Below are positions 31,900 through 44,300 of a stretch of DNA of 64,000 bases, in pieces. Position 1 is the stretch's first letter, and every line of letters starts with the position of its first letter. The stretch is from Eledone cirrhosa (taxonomy: Eukaryota): positions 109,678,001 to 109,742,000 of the forward strand of contig OZ024744.1 in the NCBI GenBank assembly GCA_964016885.1, given 5' to 3'. The translations under genes were made by a program, and so were the position numbers. The notes below the pieces were generated by a model. The model saw only the letters and a program-made list of their open reading frames with translations. It was not told the DNA's origin and did no database searches.

Positions 31900-34800
31900 C
31901 AGACTGAACCAATACAGGGAACTAGAGAAATAATATCAGACTGAACCAATACAGGGAACTAGAGAAATAATATCAGACTGAACCAATAGAGGGAACTAGA
32001 GAAATAATATCAGACTGAACCAATACAGGGAACTAGAGAAATAATATCAGACTGAACCAACAGAGGGAACTAGAGAAATAATATCAGACTGAACCAATAC
32101 AGGGAACTAGAGAAATAATATCAGACTGAACCAATACAGGGAACTAGAGAATTAATATCAGACTGAACCAATACAGGGAACTAGAGAAATAATATCAGAC
32201 TGAACCAATACAGGGAACTAGAGAAATAATATCAGACTGAACCAATACAGGGAACTAGAGAAATAATATCAGACTGAACCAATAGAGGGAACTAGAGAAA
32301 TAATATCAGACTGAACCAATACAAGGAACTACAGAAATAATATCAGACTGAACCAATACAGGAAACTAGAGAAATAATATCAGACTGAACCAATACAGGG
32401 AACTAGAGAAATAATATCAGACTGAACCAATACAAGGAACTAGAGAAATAATATCAGACTGAACCAATACAAGGAACTACAGAAATAATATCAGACTGAA
32501 CCAATACAGGAAACTAGAGAAATAATATCAGACTGAACCAATACAGGGAACTAGAGAAATAATATCAGACTGAACCAATACAAGGAACTAGAGAAATAAT
32601 ATCAGACTGAACCAATACAAGGAACTACAGAAATAATATCAGACTGAACCAATACAGGGAACTAGAGAAATCATATCAGACTGAACCAATACAGGGAACT
32701 AGAGAAATAATATCAGACTGAACCAATACAGGGAACTAGAGAAATAATATCAGACTGAACCAATAGAGGGAACTTGAGAAATAATATCAGACTGAACCAA
32801 TACAGGGAACTAGATAAATAATATCAGACTGAACCAATAGAGGGAACTAGAGAAATAATATCAGACTGAACCAATACAAGGAACTACAGAAATAATATCA
32901 GACTGAACCAATACAGGAAACTAGAGAAATAATATCAGACTGAACCAATACAGGGAACTAGAGAAATAATATCAGACTGAACCAATACAAGGAACTAGAG
33001 AAATAATATCAGACTGAACCAATACAGGAAACTAGAGAAATAATATCAGACTGAACCAATACAGGGAACTAGAGAAATAATATCAGACTGAACCAATACA
33101 AGGAACTAGAGAAATAATATCAGACTGAACCAATACAAGGAACTACAGAAATAATATCAGACTGAACCAATACAGGGAACTAGAGAAATAATATCAGACT
33201 GAACCAATACAGGGGACTAGAGAAATAATATCAGACTGAACCAATACAGGGAACTAGAGAAATAATATCAGACTGAACCAATACAGGGAACTAGAGAAAT
33301 AATATCAGACTGAACAAATACAGGGAACTTGAGAAATAATATCAGACTGAACCAATACAGGGAACTAGAGAAATAATATCAGACTGAACAAATACAGGGA
33401 AGTTGAGAAATAATATCAGACTGAACCAATAGAGGGAACTAGAGAAATAAAATCAGACTGAACCAATACAAGGAACTAGAGAAATAATATCACACTGAAC
33501 CAATACAGGGAACTAGAGAAATAATATCAGACTGAACCAATACAAGGAACTAGAGAAATAATATCAGACTGAACCAATACAAGGAACTACAGAAATAATA
33601 TCAGACTGAACCAATAGAGGGAACTAGAGAAATAATATCACACTGAACCAATACAGGGAACTAGAGAAATAATATCAGACTGAATCAATACAAGGAACTA
33701 GAGAAATAATATCAGACTGAACCAATACAAGGAACTACAGAAATAATATCAGACTGAACCAATAGAGGGAACTAGAGAAATAATATCAGACTGAACCAAT
33801 ACAGGGAACTAGAGAAATAATATCAGACTGAAACCAATAGAGGGAACTAGAGAAATAATATCAGACTGAACCAATAGAGGGGACTAGAGAAATAATATCA
33901 GACTGAACCAACAGAGGGAACTAGAGAAATAATATCAGGCTGAACCAACAGAGGGAACTAGAGAAATAATATCAGGCTGAACGAATACAGGGAACTAGAG
34001 AAATAATATCAGACTGAACCAATAGAGGGAACTAGAGAAATAATATCAGACTGAACCAATAGAGGGAACTAGAGAAATAATATCAGACTGAACCAATACA
34101 GGGAACTAGAGAAATAATATCAGACTGAACCAATACAGGGAACTAGAGAAATAATATCAGACTGCACAAATACAGGGAACTAGAGAAATAATATCAGACT
34201 GAACCAATACAGGGAACTAGAGAAATAATATCAGACTGAACCAATACAGGGAACTAGAGAAATAATATCAGACTGAACCAATACAGGGAACTAGAGAAAT
34301 AATATCAGACTGAACCAATACAGGGAACTAGAGAAATAATATCAGACTGAACCAATACAGGGAACTTGAGAAATAATATCAGACTGAACCAATACAGGGA
34401 ACTAGAGAAATAATATCAGACTGAACCAATACAGGGAACTAGAGAAATAATATCAGACTGAACCAATAGAGGGAACTAGAGAAATAATATCAGACTGAAC
34501 CAATACAGGGAACTAGAGAAATAATATCAGACTGAACCAACAGAGGGAACTAGAGAAATAATATCAGACTGAACCAATACAGGGAACTAGAGAAATAATA
34601 TCAGACTGAACCAATACAGGGAACTAGAGAATTAATATCAGACTGAACCAATACAGGGAACTAGAGAAATAATATCAGACTGAACCAATACAGGGAACTA
34701 GAGAAATAATATCAGACTGAACCAATACAGGGAACTAGAGAAATAATATCAGACTGAACCAATAGAGGGAACTAGAGAAATAATATCAGACTGAACCAAT

Positions 34801-36980
34801 ACAGGGAACTAGAGAAATAATATCAGACTGAACCAATAGAGGGAACTAGAGAAATAATATCAGACTGAACCAATAGTGGGAACTAGAGAAATAATATCAG
34901 ACTGAACCAATACAGGGAACTTGAGAAATAATATCAGACTGAACCAATAGAGGGAACTAGAGAAATAATATCAGACTGAACCAATACAGGGAACTAGAGA
35001 AATAATATCAGACAAAACCAATACAGGGAACTAGAGAAATAATATCAGGCTGAACCAATACAGGGAACTAGAGAAATAATATCAGACTGAACCAACACAG
35101 GGAACTTGAGAAATAATATCAGACTGAACCAATAGAGGGAACTAGAGAAATAATATCAGACTGAACCAATACAGGGAACTAGAGAAATAATATCAGACTG
35201 AACCAATACAGGGAACTAGAGAAATAATATCAGGCCGAACCAATACAGGGAACTAGAGAAATAATATCAGACTGAACCAATAGAGGGAACTAGAGAAATA
35301 ATATCAGACTGAACCAATACAGGGAACTAGAGAAATAATATCAGACTGAACCAATACAGGGAACTAGAGAAATAATATCAGGCTGAACCAATACAGGGAA
35401 CTAGAGAAATAATATCAGATTGAACCAATAGAGGGAACTAGAGAAATAATATCACACTGAACCAATACAGGGAACTAGAGAAATAATATCAGACTGAACC
35501 AATAGAGGGAACTAGAGAAATAATATCAGATTGAACCAATACAGGGAACTAGAGAAATAATATCAGACTGAACCAATAGAGGGAACTAGAGAAATAATAT
35601 CAGATTGAACCAATACAAGGAACTAGAGAAATAATATCAGACTGAACCAATACAAGGAACTACAGAAATAATATCAGACTGAACCAATAGAGGGAACTAG
35701 AGAAATAATATCACACTGAACCAATACAGGGAACTAGAGAAATAATATCAGACTGAATCAATACAAGGAACTAGAGAAATAATATCAGACTGAACCAATA
35801 CAAGGAACTACAGAAATAATATCAGACTGAACCAATACAGGGAACTAGAGAAATAATATCAGACTGAAACCAATAGAGGGAACTAGAGAAATAATATCAG
35901 ACTGAACCAAGAGAGGGGACTAGAGAAATAATATCAGACTGAACCAACAGAGGGAACTAGAGAAATAATATCAGGCTGAACCAACAGAGGGAACTAGAGA
36001 AATAATATCAGGCTGAACCAATACAGGGAACTAGAGAAATAATATCAGACTGAACCAATAGAGGGAACTAGAGAAATAATATCAGACTGAACCAATAGAG
36101 GGAACTAGAGAAATAATATCAGACTGAACCAATACAGGGAACTAGAGAAATAATATCAGACTGAACCAATACAGGGAACTAGAGAAATAATATCAGACTG
36201 CACAAATACAGGGAACTAGAGAAATAATATCAGACTGAACCAATACAGGGAACTAGAGAAATAATATCAGACTGAACCAATACAGGGAACTAGAGAAATA
36301 ATATCAGACTGAACCAATACAGGGAACTAGAGAAATAATATCAGACTGAACCAATACAGGGAACTAGAGAAATAATATCAGACTGAACCAATACAGGGAA
36401 CTTGAGAAATAATATCAGACTGAACCAATACAGGGAACTAGAGAAATAATATCAGACTGAACCAATACAGGGAACTAGAGAAATAATATCAGACTGAACC
36501 AATAGAGGGAACTAGAGAAATAATATCAGACTGAACCAATACAGGGAACTAGAGAAATAATATCAGACTGAACCAACAGAGGGAACTAGAGAAATAATAT
36601 CAGACTGAACCAATACAGGGAACTAGAGAAATAATATCAGACTGAACCAATACAGGGAACTAGAGAATTAATATCAGACTGAACCAATACAGGGAACTAG
36701 AGAAATAATATCAGACTGAACCAATAGAGGGAACTAGAGAAATAATATCAGACTGAACCAATACAGGGAACTAGAGAAATAATATCAGACTGAACCAATA
36801 GAGGGAACTAGAGAAATAATATCAGACTGAACCAATACAAGGAACTACAGAAATAATATCAGACTGAACCAATACAGGAAACTAGAGAAATAATATCAGA
36901 CTGAACCAATACAGGGAACTAGAGAAATAATATCAGACTGAACCAATACAAGGAACTACAGAAATAATATCAGACTGAAC
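31900..36980. repeat. Second copy of a ~5 kb segment whose first copy lies at about 23.3-30.0 kb
   Basis: Shared rare markers in the same order: AAATCATAT (25749/32672), ATAAAATC (~26524/33447), GACAAAACC monomer (28017/35014), AGGCCG (~28236/35233), 38-bp markers (26869/33829 and 28868/35865). The offset grows 6923, 6960, 6997 bp in single-monomer steps. Boundaries are approximate. Confidence 0.8.
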
Positions 36981-38345
36981 CAATACAGGGAACTAGAGAA
37001 ATAATATCAGACTGAACCAATACAGGGAACTAGAGAAATAATATCAGACTGAACCAATACAGGGAACTAGAGAAATAATATCAGACTGAACCAATAGAGG
37101 GAACTTGAGAAATAATATCAGACTGAACCAATACAGGGAACTAGATAAATAATATCAGACTGAACCAATAGAGGGAACTAGAGAAATAATATCAGACTGA
37201 ACCAATACAAGGAACTACAGAAATAATATCAGACTGAACCAATACAGGAAACTAGAGAAATAATATCAGACTGAACCAATACAGGGAACTAGAGAAATAA
37301 TATCAGACTGAACCAATACAAGGAACTAGAGAAATAATATCAGACTGAACCAATACAAGGAACTACAGAAGTAATATCAGACTGAACCAATACAGGAAAC
37401 TAGAGAAATAATATCAGACTGAACCAATACAGGGAACTAGAGAAATAATATCAGACTGAACCAATACAAGGAACTAGAGAAATAATATCAGACTGAACCA
37501 ATACAAGGAACTACAGAAATAATATCAGACTGAACCAATACAGGGAACTAGAGAAATAATATCAGACTGAACCAATACAGGGGACTAGAGAAATAATATC
37601 AGACTGAACCAATACAGGGAACTAGAGAAATAATATCAGACTGAACCAATACAGGGAACTAGAGAAATAATATCAGACTGAACAAATACAGGGAACTTGA
37701 GAAATAATATCAGACTGAACCAATACAGGGAACTAGAGAAATAATATCAGACTGAACAAATACAGGGAAGTTGAGAAATAATATCAGACTGAACCAATAG
37801 AGGGAACTAGAGAAATAATATCAGACTGAACCAATACAAGGAACTAGAGAAATAATATCACACTGAACCAATACAGGGAACTAGAGAAATAATATCAGAC
37901 TGAACCAATACAAGGAACTAGAGAAATAATATCAGACTGAACCAATACAAGGAACTACAGAAATAATATCAGACTGAACCAATAGAGGGAACTAGAGAAA
38001 TAATATCACACTGAACCAATACAGGGAACTAGAGAAATAATATCAGACTGAATCAATACAAGGAACTAGAGAAATAATATCAGACTGAACCAATACAAGG
38101 AACTACAGAAATAATATCAGACTGAACCAATACAGGGAACTAGAGAAATAATATCAGACTGAAACCAATAGAGGGAACTAGAGAAATAATATCAGACTGA
38201 ACCAATAGAGGGGACTAGAGAAATAATATCAGACTGAACCAACAGAGGGAACTAGAGAAATAATATCAGGCTGAACCAACAGAGGGAACTAGAGAAATAA
38301 TATCAGGCTGAACCAATACAGGGAACTAGAGAAATAATATCAGAC

Positions 38346-41300
38346 TGAACCAATACAGGGAACTAGAGAAATAATATCAGACTGAACCAATACAGGGAAC
38401 TAGAGAATTAATATCAGACTGAACCAATACAGGGAACTAGAGAAATAATATCAGACTGAACCAATACAGGGAACTAGAGAAATAATATCAGACTGAACCA
38501 ATACAGGGAACTAGAGAAATAATATCAGACTGAACCAATAGAGGGAACTAGAGAAATAATATCAGACTGAACCAATACAGGGAACTAGAGAAATAATATC
38601 AGACTGAACCAATAGAGGGAACTAGAGAAATAATATCAGACTGAACCAATACAGGGAACTTGAGAAATAATATCAGACTGAACCAATAGAGGGAACTAGA
38701 GAAATAATATCAGACTGAACCAATACAGGGAACTAGAGAAATAATATCAGACAAAACCAATACAGGGAACTAGAGAAATAATATCAGGCTGAACCAATAC
38801 AGGGAACTAGAGAAATAATATCAGACTGAACCAACACAGGGAACTTGAGAAATAATATCAGACTGAACCAATAGAGGGAACTAGAGAAATAATATCAGAC
38901 TGAACCAATACAGGGAACTAGAGAAATAATATCAGACTGAACCAATACAGGGAACTAGAGAAATAATATCAGGCCGAACCAATACAGGGAACTAGAGAAA
39001 TAATATCAGACTGAACCAATAGAGGGAACTAGAGAAATAATATCAGACTGAACCAATACAGGGAACTAGAGAAATAATATCAGACTGAACCAATACAGGG
39101 AACTAGAGAAATAATATCAGGCTGAACCAATACAGGGAACTAGAGAAATAATATCAGATTGAACCAATAGAGGGAACTAGAGAAATAATATCACACTGAA
39201 CCAATACAGGGAACTAGAGAAATAATATCAGACTGAACCAATAGAGGGAACTAGAGAAATAATATCAGATTGAACCAATACAGGGAACTAGAGAAATAAT
39301 ATCACACTGAACCAATACAGGGAACTAAAGAAATAATATCAGACTGAACCAATAGAGGGAACTTGAGAAATAATATCAGACTGAACCAATACAGGGAACT
39401 AGAGAAATAATATCACACTGAACCAATACAGGGAACTAGAGAAATAATATCAGACTGAACCAATACAGGGAACTAGAGAAATAATATCAGACTGAACCAA
39501 TAGAGGGAACTAGAGAAATAATATCAGGCTGAACCAACAGAGGGAACTAGAGAAATAATATCAGACTGAACCAATAGAGGGAACTAGAGAAATAATATCA
39601 GACTGAACCAATACAGGGAACTAGAGAAATAATATCAGACTGAACAAATAGAGGGAACTAGAGAAATAATATCAGACTGAACCAATAGAGGGAACTAGAG
39701 AAATAATATCAGACTGAACCAATACAGGGAACTAGAGAAATAATATCAGACTGAACCAATACAGGGAACTAGAGAAATAATATCAGGCTGAACCAATACA
39801 GGGAACTAGAGAAATAATATCAGACTGAACCAATAGAGGGAACTAGAGAAATAATATCAGACTGAACCAATAGAGGGAACTAGAGAAATAATATCAGACT
39901 GAACCAATAGAGGGAACTAGAGAAATAATATCAGACTGAACCAATACAGGGAACTAGAGAAATAATATCAGACTGAACCAATAGAGGGAACTAGAGAAAT
40001 AATATCAGACTGAACAAATAGAGGGAACTAGAGAAATAATATCAGACTGAACCAATACAGGGAACTAGAGAAATAATATCAGACTGAACCAATACAGGGA
40101 ACTAGAGAAATAATATCAGGCTGAACAAATAGAGGGAACTAGAGAAATAATATCAGACTGAACCAATACAGGGAACTAGAGAAATAATATCAGACTGAAC
40201 CAATAGAGGGAACTAGAGAAATAATATCAGGCTGAACCAATACAGGGAACTAGAGAAATAATATCAGACTGAACCAATACAGGGAACTAGAGAAATAATA
40301 TCAGACCGAACCAATACAGGGAACTAGAGAAATAATATCAGACTGAACCAATACAGGGAACTTGAGAAATAATATCAGGCTGAACAAATACAGGGAACTA
40401 GAGAAATAATATCAGACTGAACCAATAGAGGGAACTAGAGAAATAATATCAGGCTGAACCAACAGAGGGAACTAGAGAAATAATATCAGACTGAACCAAT
40501 AGAGGGAACTAGAGAAATAATATCAGGCTGAACCAACAGAGGGAACTAGAGAAATAATATCAGACTGAACAATACAGGGAACTAGAGAAATAATATCAGA
40601 CTGAACCCATACAGGGAACTAGAGAAATAATATCAGACTGAACCAATAGAGGGGACTAGAGAAATAATATCAGACTGAACCAACAGAGGGAACTAGAGAA
40701 ATAATATCAGGCTGAACCAATACAGGGAACTAGAGAAATAATATCAGACTGAACCAATAGAGGGACCTAGAGAAATAATATCAGACTGAACCAATAGAGG
40801 GAACTAGAGAAATAATATCAGACTGAACCAATACAGGGAACTAGAGAAATAATATCAGACTGAACCAATACAGGGAACTAGAGAAATAATATCAGACTGA
40901 ACCAATACAGGGAACTAGAGAAATAATATCAGACTGCACAAATACAGGGAACTAGAGAAATAATATCAGACTGAACCAATACAGGGAACTAGAGAAATAA
41001 TATCAGACTGAACCAATAGAGGGAACTAGAGAAATAATATCAGACTGAACCAATACAGGGAACTAGAGAAATAATATCAGACTGAACCAATACAGGGAAC
41101 TAGAGAAATAATATCAGACTGAACCAATAGAGGGACCTAGAGAAATAATATCAGACTGAACCAATACAGGGAACTAGAGAAATAATATCAGACTGAACCA
41201 ATACAGGGAACTAGAGAAATAATATCAGACTGAACCAATACAGGGAACTAGAGAAATAATATCAGACTGAACCAATAGAGGGAACTAGAGAAATAATATC

Positions 41301-44300
41301 AGACTGAACCAATACAGGGAACTAGAGAAATAATATCAGACTGAACCAATAGAGGGACCTAGAGAAATAATATCAGACTGAACCAATACAGGGAACTAGA
41401 GAAATAATATCAGACTGAACCAATACAGGGAACTAGAGAAATAATATCAGACTGAACCAATACAGGGAACTAGAGAAATAATATCAGACTGAACCAATAG
41501 AGGGAACTAGAGAAATAATATCAGACTGAACCAATACAGGGAACTAGAGAAATAATATCAGACTGAACCAATTCAGGGAACTAGAGAAATAATATCAGAC
41601 TGCACAAATACAGGGAACTAGAGAAATAATATCAGACTGAACCAATACAGGGAACTAGAGAAATAATATCAGACTGAACCAATACAGGGAACTAGAGAAA
41701 TAATATCAGACTGAACCAATACAGGGAACTAGAGAAATAATATCAGACTGAACCAATACAGGGAACTAGAGAAATAATATCAGACTGAACCAATACAGGG
41801 AACTTGAGAAATAATATCAGACTGAACCAATACAGGGAACTAGAGAAATAATATCAGACTGAACCAATACAGGGAACTAGAGAAATAATATCAGACTGAA
41901 CCAATACAGGGAACTAGAGAAATAATATCAGACTGAACCAATAGAGGGAACTAGAGAAATAATATCAGGCTGAACCAACAGAGGGAACTAGAGAAATAAT
42001 ATCAGACTGAACAATACAGGGAACTAGAGAAATAATATCAGACTGAACCCATACAGGGAACTAGAGAAATAATATCAGACTGAACCAATAGAGGGGACTA
42101 GAGAAATAATATCAGACTGAACCAACAGAGGGAACTAGAGAAATAATATCAGGCTGAACCAACAGAGGGAACTAGAGAAATAATATCAGGCTGAACCAAT
42201 ACAGGGAACTAGAGAAATAATATCAGACTGAACCAATAGAGGGACCTAGAGAAATAATATCAGACTGAACCAATAGAGGGAACTAGAGAAATAATATCAG
42301 ACTGAACCAATACAGGGAACTAGAGAAATAATATCAGACTGAACCAATACAGGGAACTAGAGAAATAATATCAGACTGAACCAATAGAGGGAACTAGAGA
42401 AATAATATCAGACTGAACCAATACAGGGAACTAGAGAAATAATATCAGACTGAACCAATAGAGGGACCTAGAGAAATAATATCAGACTGAACCAATACAG
42501 GGAACTAGAGAAATAATATCAGACTGAACCAATACAGGGAACTAGAGAAATAATATCAGACTGAACCAATACAGGGAACTAGAGAAATAATATCAGACTG
42601 AACCAATAGAGGGAACTAGAGAAATAATATCAGACTGAACCAATACAGGGAACTAGAGAAATAATATCAGACTGAACCAATACAGGGAACTAGAGAAATA
42701 ATATCAGACTGCACAAATACAGGGAACTAGAGAAATAATATCAGACTGAACCAATAGAGGGACCTAGAGAAATAATATCAGACTGAACCAATACAGGGAA
42801 CTAGAGAAATAATATCAGACTGAACCAATACAGGGAACTAGAGAAATAATATCAGACTGAACCAATACAGGGAACTAGAGAAATAATATCAGACTGAACC
42901 AATAGAGGGAACTAGAGAAATAATATCAGACTGAACCAATACAGGGAACTAGAGAAATAATATCAGACTGAACCAATAGAGGGACCTAGAGAAATAATAT
43001 CAGACTGAACCAATACAGGGAACTAGAGAAATAATATCAGACTGAACCAATACAGGGAACTAGAGAAATAATATCAGACTGAACCAATACAGGGAACTAG
43101 AGAAATAATATCAGACTGAACCAATAGAGGGAACTAGAGAAATAATATCAGACTGAACCAATACAGGGAACTAGAGAAATAATATCAGACTGAACCAATT
43201 CAGGGAACTAGAGAAATAATATCAGACTGCACAAATACAGGGAACTAGAGAAATAATATCAGACTGAACCAATACAGGGAACTAGAGAAATAATATCAGA
43301 CTGAACCAATACAGGGAACTAGAGAAATAATATCAGACTGAACCAATACAGGGAACTAGAGAAATAATATCAAACTGAACCAATACAGGGAACTAGAGAA
43401 ATAATATCAGACTGAACCAATACAGGGAACTTGAGAAATAATATCAGACTGAACCAATACAGGGAACTAGAGAAATAATATCAGACTGAACCAATACAGG
43501 GAACTAGAGAAATAATATCAGACTGAACCAATAGAGGGAACTAGAGAAATAATATCAGACTGAACCAATACAGGGAACTAGAGAAATAATATCAGACTGA
43601 ACCAACAGAGGGAACTAGAGAAATAATATCAGACTGAACCAATACAGGGAACTAGAGAAATAATATCAGACTGAACCAATACAGGGAACTAGAGAATTAA
43701 TATCAGACTGAACCAATACAGGGAACTAGAGAAATAATATCAGACTGAACCAATACAGGGAACTAGAGAAATAATATCAGACTGAACCAATACAGGGAAC
43801 TAGAGAAATAATATCAGACTGAACCAATAGAGGGAACTAGAGAAATAATATCAGACTGAACCAATACAGGGAACTAGAGAAATAATATCAGACTGAACCA
43901 ATACAGGGAACTAGAGAAATAATATCAGACTGAACCAATACAAGGAACTAGAGAAATAATATCAGACTGAACCAATAGAGGGAACTAGAGAAATAATATC
44001 AGACTGAACCAATACAGGGAACTAGAGAAATAATATCAGACAAAACCAATACAGGGAACTAGAGAAATAATATCAGGCTGAACCAATACAGGGAACTAGA
44101 GAAATAATATCAGACTGAACCAACACAGGGAACTTGAGAAATAATATCAGACTGAACCAATAGAGGGAACTAGAGAAATAATATCAGACTGAACCAATAC
44201 AGGGAACTAGAGAAATAATATCAGACTGAACCAATACAGGGAACTAGAGAAATAATATCAGGCCGAACCAATACAGGGAACTAGAGAAATAATATCAGAC

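Larger units (their letters stand above)
6032..38345. repeat. Higher-order repeat domain with a ~52-monomer (1925 bp) core unit and length variants, marked by a 38-bp monomer (TGAAACCAATAGAG)
   Basis: The 38-bp marker starts at 6288, 8509, 10545, 12469, 14912, 16837, 20686, 22722, 22834, 25166, 26869, 28868, 30016, 30498, 33829, 35865 and 38160. The same ordered series of variants usually follows it: GAGGGG, CAACA/AGGCT twice, TGCACAAA, CTTGA, GAATTA, CAAGG/CTACA, GGAAA, GAAGTTGA, CACACTG, GAATCAA. Confidence 0.9.

Noticed and set aside
6288-38197. Variant order as an information-bearing code
   Set aside because: The patterns are adequately explained by nested duplication, deletion and conversion. 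Nothing in the window indicates a reader or a function for the order.
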